Part shown: positions 9,546 through 21,261 of the stretch, piece by piece
Position numbering within the stretch: the first letter of the stretch is position 1
Layout: each line of letters opens with the position of its first letter
Assembly: GCA_044359815.1 (NCBI GenBank)
Contig: JBIKLL010000010.1
Location: forward strand, 1-55,204
Source of the DNA: Pseudobdellovibrionaceae bacterium
GTDB taxonomy: Bacteria; Bdellovibrionota; Bdellovibrionia; Bdellovibrionales; Bdellovibrionaceae
Reading direction: 5' to 3'
DNA length: 55,204 nucleotides
Translations under genes and position numbers: made by a program
The notes under the pieces: model-generated
The model's input: only the letters and a program-made list of their open reading frames with translations
What the model was told of the DNA's origin: nothing
The model's database searches: none

Positions 9546-10283
9546 TTGAAGGTCATTGGCGTCATACCAGCAAGATTGGGTTCCACCAGACTGAAAAATA
9601 AACCTCTGATCAAGATCGCTGGGAAAGAACTGATTTCTTGGGTCATACAACGGGTCAAAGCCTGCAAAAAAATCGACGATATATTGGTGGCTACTGATAG
9701 CGAACAGGTTTCGCAAATCGCAAAAGCTATGGGCGTTAGGTCTGCAATGACAGAGCCTTCATTGCCATCTGGAACTGACAGAATCTACAACGCGTTAAAG
9801 AATGAAAAATGGGATTATGTGCTAAATATTCAGGGCGACGAACCCCTGATTAATCCCGAATGGATTGATAAATTAGCTCAAGGGGCATCGCAATCAGGGG
9901 CTGCGATGGCGACTCTGGCTCATAAAATTTCAGAATCTGAAATGGAATCTATGCATGCGGTAAAGGTGCTCGTTAATCAATTGGGCGAAGCCATATATTT
10001 TAGTCGATTTGCAATCCCTTGTTCAAGGGTCCCTGTGCAGAGCTTTCCCCCAAATGCTGTTTTTAAGCATATTGGCATCTACGCTTACCGGCAGGATTTT
10101 TTAAAGCAATTCTGCGAATCAAAACCATCAGCCATAGAAATTTCAGAGAGCCTAGAGCAGTTAAGGGCTTTGGATCTGGGTGCCAAGATAAAAGTTTTTG
10201 AAGTTCAAGGAAAATCATTGGGCGTGGACACAGAAGATGATATAAAAAAAGTAGAGGAAATTCTGTTGAACGGTAATTATTAA
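9546..10283 (+). CDS. kdsB: CMP-KDO synthetase
   Basis: IPARLGSTRL, SGTDR, NIQGDEP, YFSR, HIGIYAY, ESLEQLRAL; TTG start. Confidence 0.96.
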   Translation: MKVIGVIPARLGSTRLKNKPLIKIAGKELISWVIQRVKACKKIDDILVATDSEQVSQIAKAMGVRSAMTEPSLPSGTDRIYNALKNEKWDYVLNIQGDEPLINPEWIDKLAQGASQSGAAMATLAHKISESEMESMHAVKVLVNQLGEAIYFSRFAIPCSRVPVQSFPPNAVFKHIGIYAYRQDFLKQFCESKPSAIEISESLEQLRALDLGAKIKVFEVQGKSLGVDTEDDIKKVEEILLNGNY

Positions 10284-13045
<2,762 letters not shown>

Positions 13046-13069
13046 TTTGTTATTTAATATTCGGCTCCT

Positions 13070-13440
13070 TGTCGGCGGGTAATTTGAATTTAAAAAATAT
13101 TTCTATGATTTTACAACTTGAGAATACTTGCTAACGGCCGCAAGCTCATCTCTCGTATTGCATAAATGCAAAGATAATTTGTTTTTACTGTTTTTAGACA
13201 CATGCAGCGAGCGTGCGGGGCATATCTGGTGCTGAGTCATTTTATAAAAGCAAAAAAATTGCTTTTATAAAATGATTCAATACGAGAGATGAGCCCGCGG
13301 CCGTTAGCGAGTGTCTAAAAATAGTGAAAAAAATTATCTTTGCATTTACGCATCACCAGATATGCCATGCGCGCTCGCAAATGTATTCTCAAGGTGTAAA
13401 ATCATAGAAATATTTTTTAAATTCAAATTACCCGCCGACA
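13070..13440. repeat. Permuted multi-segment palindrome A-B-C-D-E-E'-B'-C'-D'-A' (candidate structured ncRNA or DNA element)
   Basis: A 13070-13127/13383-13440 (57/58); B 13128-13160/13278-13310 (30/33); C 13160-13201/13311-13351 (38/42, 1 indel); D core 13207-13234/13351-13378 (24/28); E 13233-13253/13259-13279 (20/21, A5 loop). Confidence 0.95.
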
Positions 13441-13638
13441 CATGGTGCATCTAATTATGATTGGCTGGGTCTAGGTGCAGTCGGCTGGACCTGGGGTGAG
13501 CAGACTTTAATTGAAGGTGCGCTAAAGACAAAGGACAAAAGGCAAAAGACCTCGCGGTAAGTCTGGATTTTTTGATGAGCGGAACAACATGTTGCTGAAA
13601 TGAAAAACCAATCAAAAAATAGCTTTAGAGGTCGCAAC

Positions 13639-14388
13639 ATGAAGTTTCTGACAACTATTCTTTTGCTTTTTTGCATCAATGCCGTCGCTGACGAAATCGA
13701 ATTGCCTCCCGAGGAATTAGCTCGAGAGTCTGTTTATCCAAAATTCGATAGGCCCGATGTTGTAAAGTCTCAGAACATCAAATTAACAAACAAAATTGAG
13801 TTCGGTGTTTACTATGGTTGGAAAATCACAGAGCCTATTTACAATCAGGGTAAATTTGGTGGATGGCTTGGTTATCATTGGAGTGAAAGCTCTGGCTTAT
13901 TAATTAATTTTTCTTCGTGGCTAACGGGTTTAAATAAACAGTACACAGATGGAATCACTGCCGCTAGCACCGCAGCCCCAGACGATTATTTGGATTTTAG
14001 CCGTTTACCAAAAAAGAAAATGTCTGTGTTTTTACAATACGATTGGACCTTGTTTTACGGCAAAATCAGTTTTACCAAACAGGGTGTGACGAATCTGTTT
14101 TTATATCCGATTTTTGGTGCGGGAATGACCGCCTATGAGCACAAAAATTATCCAGGTGTTGAACTAGGAATTGGACAAAAAATCATGTTTGGCAGCACTG
14201 TTGCGCTCAGGACCGACTTAAAATTTTTAGTGGCCCAGTATCCTTCACCATTTTTGGGCGACACTGAGCCTCCTTTTGGTAATGAGCCCAGCTTAAGATC
14301 AAAAAACCCCAAGCCCGAGTTTTCTGAGTTCAAAGATAAATTTGGATTGGACACAATTTTGGACGTGGGCCTGACAGTGGTTTTCTGA
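13639..14388 (+). CDS. gltB: Outer-membrane beta-barrel protein, GltB-like (gliding machinery)
   Basis: Signal peptide, alternating beta-strands, C-terminal Phe; first of two barrels before gltC, as in the myxobacterial gltB-gltA-gltC order. ATG 13639 follows a GAGGT SD. Confidence 0.65.
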   Translation: MKFLTTILLLFCINAVADEIELPPEELARESVYPKFDRPDVVKSQNIKLTNKIEFGVYYGWKITEPIYNQGKFGGWLGYHWSESSGLLINFSSWLTGLNKQYTDGITAASTAAPDDYLDFSRLPKKKMSVFLQYDWTLFYGKISFTKQGVTNLFLYPIFGAGMTAYEHKNYPGVELGIGQKIMFGSTVALRTDLKFLVAQYPSPFLGDTEPPFGNEPSLRSKNPKPEFSEFKDKFGLDTILDVGLTVVF

Positions 14389-14514
14389 ATTCCGCTTGCT
14401 TGATAAATTTGCATTTTATTTTATTGTTAAGGGCCTTCAGTCTGGTTGGTATACGGACTTGGGACTTAGTTTGACAATCCTAAGACCTTGGTCGTGATCA
14501 GTGCGATTTGTTTT

Positions 14515-14530
14515 TGGTCCAGATTCTGCA
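14515..14530 (+). promoter_or_regulatory. Candidate sigma54 -24/-12 promoter upstream of gltA
   Basis: TGGTCCAGATTCTGCA has GG(14516-17)-N10-GC(14528-29) but deviates from TGGCAC/TTGC. Confidence 0.3.
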
Positions 14531-14602
14531 AACAACCTACTAACTGTTTAAAAAGTTAAGTAAATTTTAAAAATGGAGAAGGATTCTCCGACTAGGACAG
14601 CT

Positions 14603-15379
14603 ATGAAATTACTTCGAGTGATGATTATATTTTTTGCGCTGACAAACGTTCATATTGCTATTGCACAGGATGAAGATGGCGATGTGGACACAGTGGAAGC
14701 GGAAATCCAAAAGGCAAAACCCAAACGGGTTGCTCCTGCGCGGAAAGAAAGTGCCGTTCAAAGTTTGCCCAATGATTTTTCAAGCTTAGGTAAGTTATCT
14801 GCATTCAGCGAAATTGCCGTGATACAGAAAAGATTTTTACCAAAGACCAATCGGTTTCAGTTTTTTGCAGGATTGACTGCCATGATGAACGATCCCTGGT
14901 TTAACGGAGTCGGAGCCAATACAAAGCTTGCTTTTAATTTTCGCGAAGCCTGGGGGATTGAGCTAACCGGAATTTACCTGATGAATTCTCAGAAAGATTC
15001 TATCAAAGACTTAAACACTCAAAACAGCATTGCCACCACAAGCTTTATCGTTACCAAATCTTATTTTGGTGCTGATATTTTGTGGGTGCCTATTTACGGT
15101 AAGATGTCGCTTTCAAACAATCGTATAGTTCCCTTTGATTTTTATTTTTCATTTGGTGGTGGTAATACCAGTGTTGAGCAGGGGCTGGCCGGTGGAACAA
15201 TCCATGTGGGCACAGGACAAATCTTTGCCTTGGGTAAATCATCAGCGGTTCGATGGGATTTTTCTTGGAACTCATATTCAGGAAAGCCAGATGCTGCCAG
15301 TTTTCAGGCCAGTACTTTTAATAACTTGATGCTGACAGTGGGATTTTCATTGTTCTTCCCGGGGGCAGGTTACAGATGA
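14603..15379 (+). CDS. gltA: Outer-membrane beta-barrel protein, GltA-like
   Basis: Signal peptide; AVIQKRF..K..R, NDP, W.PIYGK, FDFY motifs of the myxobacterial OMP family; cluster context. Confidence 0.7.
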   Translation: MKLLRVMIIFFALTNVHIAIAQDEDGDVDTVEAEIQKAKPKRVAPARKESAVQSLPNDFSSLGKLSAFSEIAVIQKRFLPKTNRFQFFAGLTAMMNDPWFNGVGANTKLAFNFREAWGIELTGIYLMNSQKDSIKDLNTQNSIATTSFIVTKSYFGADILWVPIYGKMSLSNNRIVPFDFYFSFGGGNTSVEQGLAGGTIHVGTGQIFALGKSSAVRWDFSWNSYSGKPDAASFQASTFNNLMLTVGFSLFFPGAGYR

Positions 15380-16881
15380 TTAAAATATCTAGCCGTCTTT
15401 TATTAATTGTTTGTTTAGTAATTTCAGTAAAAGGTTTTTCTACGGACAGGCAGCTGACGACAGCCCTTGAAATGGTCAAAAACAATCAATTGGCTGAAGC
15501 AGTTCCATTACTGTTTACCCTGTCCAAGAAAAAGGGTCTGGAAAAAGAACACATTCAGATCAAGTATATCTTAGGATCAGCGCTGATTGAATTAAAGCTT
15601 TATCAAGTGGCGGTTTTTCAGTTGGTGGAAGTGATTCGTGATAAATCAGGAAAATACACCCGACAGGCAATCGAAAAACTGTCAGTGGCAGCTGATGCCC
15701 TGGGCGATGAAACATTATTGAACTACGCAGTTTCCCGTGTTGAGCTGAGTAAGTTTCCTGCCAATCAAAAGGACATGATTTATTTTCGTATGGGTGAAAT
15801 CCATATGAAGAACAAACAGTTTCCCAAGGCCATCGAACAGTACGACATGATCAGGCCACAAAGTCGATATTATCCCAGGGCTCAGTTTAACAAAGGCTTG
15901 TCGCTGCTAGAGTCCGCAAAACCCAAAGAAGCTTACGTGATATTTCAAAACATGTACAAAATGCGAGCTTCTGCTGGGATCACAGATGATTACAGGGTTT
16001 CTGCAATGATCGCCATGGCCAGAGCTGCCTACCAGGCAGAAGAATGGGACAGAGCCGTTCAGGTTTATCGATTGATCCCTCGGGATCATGAATTATGGCA
16101 TGATTCGTTGTTCGAAATGAGCTGGGCTTTACTGCGAGCCGCAAAGTTCAGATCAGTGCTCAGTAATTTTCAGTCGTTGCATTCAACCTACTATGAAAAC
16201 TATTATTTAGCTGAATCACTTTTGCTCAGATCAATTGTTTATCTGTACATCTGCAAATATGACGAAATGGAAAAGGTCATAGACCTATTTGAGCGAACTT
16301 ATAATCCAATTCGTAAACAGATTTCAGACTTTGTCGCAAATTCCAGAGAGCCCATTCAGTTTACCAACGAGCTGGACAAAGCCAGAGTTTATCTGAGAAC
16401 TGGTAAGCGGGAAACTATGAAGCTTCCGATCAGCACATTGAAATATGCGCTGAATGAAGGCGATGTGCGCGGAGCCTTGGGGTACATTGATCGAATACTG
16501 GAAGAAAAGAAATCGATTGAAGCAAACGAAAAATTTGAGAAAACAGCTTTCCTAAGATACGCACAAAAAGTATTGGTCAACAGAATTAAGAACACAAAAA
16601 TATCAATCGGTGAAATGGTTAAAGCTCACATGCTGTATCTGCAAGATGATTTGAAGGACCTTTATGAACAAGCTGGTTTTGTCAGATACGAAATGATTAA
16701 CGGTAAGAAAGAAACAATCAAAAAAAGGCTAGCTGGTAAGGCTCTGCCAAAACAAATTGATGACGACAATGCACGGGATTTTTATATCCAAAACGGTTTT
16801 GAGTATTGGCCCTTTGATGGCGAATACTGGTTGGATGAAGTTGGTAATTTTCACTATTTAGGAAAACAAAATTGTGAGTAG
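15376..16881 (+). CDS. gltC: Periplasmic TPR protein, GltC-like
   Basis: Signal peptide, TPR repeats, C-terminal YWPFDGEYWLDEVG motif. Confidence 0.8.
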   Translation: MIKISSRLLLIVCLVISVKGFSTDRQLTTALEMVKNNQLAEAVPLLFTLSKKKGLEKEHIQIKYILGSALIELKLYQVAVFQLVEVIRDKSGKYTRQAIEKLSVAADALGDETLLNYAVSRVELSKFPANQKDMIYFRMGEIHMKNKQFPKAIEQYDMIRPQSRYYPRAQFNKGLSLLESAKPKEAYVIFQNMYKMRASAGITDDYRVSAMIAMARAAYQAEEWDRAVQVYRLIPRDHELWHDSLFEMSWALLRAAKFRSVLSNFQSLHSTYYENYYLAESLLLRSIVYLYICKYDEMEKVIDLFERTYNPIRKQISDFVANSREPIQFTNELDKARVYLRTGKRETMKLPISTLKYALNEGDVRGALGYIDRILEEKKSIEANEKFEKTAFLRYAQKVLVNRIKNTKISIGEMVKAHMLYLQDDLKDLYEQAGFVRYEMINGKKETIKKRLAGKALPKQIDDDNARDFYIQNGFEYWPFDGEYWLDEVGNFHYLGKQNCE

Positions 16882-19800
16882 AACAATGAATAAAACCTTT
16901 ATTAAATTTATAGTATCCGTTGCTGTGGCAGCAGGTGCTGCAGCGGTGACTGTGACAGCTGAAGCAAAGAAAAAAAATAAAAACACAATTGCTGAAGCGG
17001 CCGGTAAAAAGAAAACTCTGGGCCAGTTGTTAAAACAGGTCGATCGGGGTGCTGGTGTTTCTATAGGCGAAAGGAAAGCAATCGCAATCCCTAAAGCCAA
17101 GCAAGACACGTTGAAAGTGACGAAATCAAATGTAAATCTGAACTCAGTCAAGCCGCCCAGAACACAGTCGTTCTTTACTGAGCAAGACGACGATAAGGTT
17201 AAGCTTGAAAAAATCACTGATCAGCAGATCCAAGAGCTTTACAAGCTGACACAAAAGTTTCGCGAGTCCAAGCAAAGGGGCGAGTTGTGGTTAAGACTTG
17301 CCGAGCTGTATGTGGAAAAAGCTGGCTTGATTGATTTCAGAGTTCAAGGGGAATACGACGAAAAACTGCAGGCCTTTCAAGAAGGCAAAACTAAAATCAA
17401 GCCTGTGCTCAACACCAAAGAAGCTCATGAATACAATCGTAAGGCCATCCAATTGTATGAATGGTTCTTAAGGGATTTTCCAAGGGATGAAAAATCAGAT
17501 CAGGCTTTGTTTTTCTTGGGATACAATTACTTTGAATTGAATCAATTGGAAAAGGGAAGTCAGTACTACGCAAGACTGACCAAAGAATTTCCCAGCAGTT
17601 CCTATGTGATCGAAGCCAATTTTGCATTGGGAGAATATCATTTTGAAAATGAGCGCTGGAAAGAAGCTAAGCAATATTACACTCAGGTTTTAAGAAACAG
17701 AAACCACAGATTACACACGTTTTCAAAGTACAAATACGCATGGACATTGTTCAGAACGGGTGACACCAAGACAGCACTTCGAACAATGGAAGAGCTGGTC
17801 CGCGCAGCAACTTCAGAGGATGAAGGCGATGGCAAAAAAATCAATCGATCTAAGCTGGGTAACGAAGCACTTCGAGACGTTGTATTATTTTATTCGGAAA
17901 TCGGCGATCCAGAAAAAGCGCCGGCTTATTTTGAGAGTTTAGCTGGTCAAAAGGGCAGAGACTACGTTGAAAAGCTGGCTTATTTTTACGGAGACAAAGG
18001 CAACATCGAAGGCTCTCGCGCCCTGTTCAGATACATGATCCAATTGGATCCCAATTCGCCAAAATCCTTTGACTTTAAATTTCAGGTTGTAAAATTATAT
18101 TCGTCAGCTAAAAAATCTCGGGACTTCAGGGAAGAGCTTTACACATGGGTCAGAACATATAATTCGGCTGGACCCTGGGGACAGGCTAACAAAGCAAATA
18201 AAGAATTAGTTGATAGTTCCTACAAACTTCGCGAGACAACTTTAAGAAACTTTATTTTAGAGCAGCATCAGACTGCACAAAATTCCAGAGCTCCGTTTTC
18301 TCAGGCATTGGCAATGGAAGGTTACCGAGTTTACGTTTCTGAATTTAATGATTCGCCAACAGTTGCAGACATGCACTTTTATTTTGGTGAATTGTTGTAT
18401 GACATGAAAAAATACGAAGATTCAGCTGTTCAGTATAAATGGGTTATGGATAACGGAAAAAATTCTAAGTTTTTTCAAAAAGCTTCTGAAAACACATTAC
18501 TGTCGATGGAAAAAACCCTTCCTTCTGAGGATGACATTTCAAAAGCAGTTGGCACTGTCACTGAGCCTGTAGGTTTAGATCCTAAGGTCATAACCTTTAT
18601 TGAAACTGCGAAATCCTATATCGCAGCAGTTCCTACTTCTGAAAAAGGACCAGAGATCAGATTCAGAATCGGACGTCTATATTATCTTCACAATCATTTT
18701 GATGATGCCACTCCGTATTTTAGGGAGCTGATGCAGAAATATCCAAAAACTAAGTACGCAGAATACGCTGCGAATTTGTTGTTAGATAGTTTCAATATCC
18801 GAAAGGACTATGCTGGTTTGGAAAAAGCCGGAAACGAAATCCTGGCTCTGCCAACACTGGCAGGCAGTAAAGCTGGGGCCGATGTGCGTGAGGTTCTGGA
18901 GAAAGCCAGCTTTAAAAAAGGCCAGGATCTGGAAGCTGCGAAAGATTTTGCAAAAGCAGCTGTTACATTTGAAGCTTTTGCTAAACAGAATCCGGCGTCT
19001 TCACTGGCAATGACAGCTATTTTTAATGCGGCGATTGATTACGAAAAATCAGGTAACAATCAAAAAGCAACCGAGATGCATCAGGCAGTTGTTGGGTCCA
19101 AAAAGCCAGAAGCTCAGCAGTTTAAAAATAATTCTGCCAGAATTTTAGCAAAGCTTTATCAGGATTCAGGGCAGTTGGATATCGCAGCTAAAGCTTTTTC
19201 TGACTTGGCAGCTTTGAATCCCAAGGATCCATTAACACCCAATTATATTTTTAACTCGGCGATTTTGTACGATGCCTTAGGCAACAAACAAAAAGCTGAA
19301 CAAACTTACGAAAACTATTACCAAGTAGCTAAAGGCAAAGATAGACAAGATACCTTGTACCAAATTTGCACTTTGCAACGGGAACGTGGTCAGCTGTCAA
19401 AAGCCATTGTGTCCTACGAAAGATACTTGAATCAGGGTGGGGGGACTCCTCAGCAGAATTTGGATTCCACTAATTATATTTATGAAATGAATCTAAAACT
19501 GGGGCGTCGAACAGAATCAGAGAAATGGAAGGGCCGCTTGATTGGTCTGCAGAGAAAGCTTTCACCTGGCGGCAAGGGTATGGGTGCCGAGTACGTGGCT
19601 AAGTTTAAATTGGCCGAGGTGACTCAGAAAATGAATTCAATGAAGGCCATTAGCATTCCGTTGGATCCTCGCAAACAACAATCAGCAATCAAACAAAAAA
19701 TCGATATGATCAATCAATTAAACAATGATCTGACAGCAGTGATAAGATTTGACAGTGCAGACGAAATCGTTGGAGCATTGTCAGTGGTTGGCGAAGCCAA

Positions 19801-20083
19801 TCATCACATGTATCAGGCCGTAATGGCAGTGCCTTTGCCAAAAGGGTTAACTGCCGACGAGCAGGCACAGTATAAAAAGGGCGTTGAACAGATTGCCGAA
19901 CCATTTTTGAATAAAGCAAAAGAAAGCTATAGGGCTGCTTTAGATAAAGCCAGTCAGTTGGATTCTTATGGTGATCATTATTTTCAGACGCGAGATAAAT
20001 TTATGAAATTGGATCCAACCGCGGTTTATGAAGGCGGGGAATCTGTTGTCAAATCAAGGAGCACTCAGTGGATAGGTATTTAA
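16874..20083 (+). CDS. gltD: Large periplasmic TPR protein, GltD/AgmU-like
   Basis: 1069 aa with a signal peptide and many TPR repeats (RLAELY, ALFFLGY, YFGELLY); lies between gltC and gltE. Confidence 0.78.
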   Translation: MSRTMNKTFIKFIVSVAVAAGAAAVTVTAEAKKKNKNTIAEAAGKKKTLGQLLKQVDRGAGVSIGERKAIAIPKAKQDTLKVTKSNVNLNSVKPPRTQSFFTEQDDDKVKLEKITDQQIQELYKLTQKFRESKQRGELWLRLAELYVEKAGLIDFRVQGEYDEKLQAFQEGKTKIKPVLNTKEAHEYNRKAIQLYEWFLRDFPRDEKSDQALFFLGYNYFELNQLEKGSQYYARLTKEFPSSSYVIEANFALGEYHFENERWKEAKQYYTQVLRNRNHRLHTFSKYKYAWTLFRTGDTKTALRTMEELVRAATSEDEGDGKKINRSKLGNEALRDVVLFYSEIGDPEKAPAYFESLAGQKGRDYVEKLAYFYGDKGNIEGSRALFRYMIQLDPNSPKSFDFKFQVVKLYSSAKKSRDFREELYTWVRTYNSAGPWGQANKANKELVDSSYKLRETTLRNFILEQHQTAQNSRAPFSQALAMEGYRVYVSEFNDSPTVADMHFYFGELLYDMKKYEDSAVQYKWVMDNGKNSKFFQKASENTLLSMEKTLPSEDDISKAVGTVTEPVGLDPKVITFIETAKSYIAAVPTSEKGPEIRFRIGRLYYLHNHFDDATPYFRELMQKYPKTKYAEYAANLLLDSFNIRKDYAGLEKAGNEILALPTLAGSKAGADVREVLEKASFKKGQDLEAAKDFAKAAVTFEAFAKQNPASSLAMTAIFNAAIDYEKSGNNQKATEMHQAVVGSKKPEAQQFKNNSARILAKLYQDSGQLDIAAKAFSDLAALNPKDPLTPNYIFNSAILYDALGNKQKAEQTYENYYQVAKGKDRQDTLYQICTLQRERGQLSKAIVSYERYLNQGGGTPQQNLDSTNYIYEMNLKLGRRTESEKWKGRLIGLQRKLSPGGKGMGAEYVAKFKLAEVTQKMNSMKAISIPLDPRKQQSAIKQKIDMINQLNNDLTAVIRFDSADEIVGALSVVGEANHHMYQAVMAVPLPKGLTADEQAQYKKGVEQIAEPFLNKAKESYRAALDKASQLDSYGDHYFQTRDKFMKLDPTAVYEGGESVVKSRSTQWIGI

Positions 20084-20946
20084 AAGCCCTATTATTGATT
20101 TATTCTGTTATGGTTCTCAGTTCCTGCGCCTCTGAGCAGGGGCGGGTTGAAGATCAAGGTTTGACTGCACAGTCACCACCGCAGGCTTCGGGACCTGAAA
20201 TCAACGAAGTTCCAGAGCCGATGGCAAAGCCTGAGCCTCCCAAAGTTCAAGATGAGCCTCCACCAATGAAAGCTTCCGCAGTGAATGAAAAAGCTCTGGA
20301 TGAGGCTATCAAGTCTAATAATATTGACCGAGTTTATTCTGCAGCAGTTATGGTTTTAAGCGACAACCCTAAAACAATAAAAGCTTTGAATGCTATGGGG
20401 ATCTATCATTTACAAAAAGGCCAAACAAAAGCTGCCAAATTGTTTTTTGATAAATCACTGAAAGTGAATCCCAATCAATCAGAAATTTATAATAACCTGG
20501 GAATCGTAGCCCTAACTGAAAATGAAAGATCTGTCGCAATTAGGCAGTTCAGAAAAGCACTAGAGATCAGTGGTGAAAATGCAGTGGCCGCAAATAATCT
20601 GGGGATCTTGTATGTAGATTCCAAAGATTATCCCAAAGCTTTGGCCGTTTTTGATATAGCTCAGCCAAAATTCAAAAGTGATCACAGGTATTGGAACAAT
20701 GTGGGCATTGCGCTGACTGGGTCTCGTAACTATGACAAAGCTAAAAAAGCTTACGAAGATGGGCTCAGGTTAAAATCAAACGATATCGATCTTATGTTTA
20801 ACTACAGTATTTTATTGATTCAGAACTTAAAGGCTTTTCAAAGTGGAAATGATCTTTTGAACCGATTGAAGGTCCTGGGTCCAAGGCCAGAGATGAGAAC
20901 AAAAATTAATGCTTTGGAAATTATGGCGAAAGCTGGTTTAAAATAG
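20068..20946 (+). CDS. gltE: TPR lipoprotein, GltE/AglT-like
   Basis: Lipobox LSSC, Pro-rich linker, repeated NNLG TPRs. Confidence 0.75.
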   Translation: MDRYLKALLLIYSVMVLSSCASEQGRVEDQGLTAQSPPQASGPEINEVPEPMAKPEPPKVQDEPPPMKASAVNEKALDEAIKSNNIDRVYSAAVMVLSDNPKTIKALNAMGIYHLQKGQTKAAKLFFDKSLKVNPNQSEIYNNLGIVALTENERSVAIRQFRKALEISGENAVAANNLGILYVDSKDYPKALAVFDIAQPKFKSDHRYWNNVGIALTGSRNYDKAKKAYEDGLRLKSNDIDLMFNYSILLIQNLKAFQSGNDLLNRLKVLGPRPEMRTKINALEIMAKAGLK

Positions 20947-20985
20947 AGAATGGGCACTAAAATCATGGGAAAATGGATTTTGAAC

Positions 20986-21261
20986 ATGAAAACATTGATT
21001 GCGATCTCATTAATGATCTTTGTCTTGCCAACAATTGTGTTGGCTCAACAAGGCGCAAAGGTAGCTCCTAATTCTGCTAAAAAAACCTCCCTCAGTTTTG
21101 AAGACGAACTGGTTGAAGGTGCTGCTCAGAAACCTGATATCTCTTACATTTTTCAAAAGAAAAATTTTAACTACAAAAGACTGATAAAACTTCGAGAAAA
21201 TTTTATTCCAGAAATGAGAAGAACATCTGAGGACATGCAACGGATCCGGAGAGACAATTGA
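20986..21261 (+). CDS. gltF: Small periplasmic gliding protein, GltF-like
   Basis: Signal peptide; SFEDELVEG..QKP and LIKLRENFIPE motifs; precedes gltG (track start 20950). Confidence 0.75.
   Translation: MKTLIAISLMIFVLPTIVLAQQGAKVAPNSAKKTSLSFEDELVEGAAQKPDISYIFQKKNFNYKRLIKLRENFIPEMRRTSEDMQRIRRDN

Noticed and set aside
13070..13440. Reading the element as a CRISPR array, tRNA or plain terminator
   Set aside because: There is no direct repeat-spacer periodicity, no cas gene and no cloverleaf or T-loop, and the size and crossing pairings exceed those of a terminator.
13581..13596. Sigma54-like GGAAC...TTGCT upstream of gltB
   Set aside because: Spacing is 11 nt rather than 10.
13455..13679. 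74-aa minus-strand ORF next to the palindrome as a cognate protein
   Set aside because: It overlaps the gltB start antisense and has no recognisable motif or SD.
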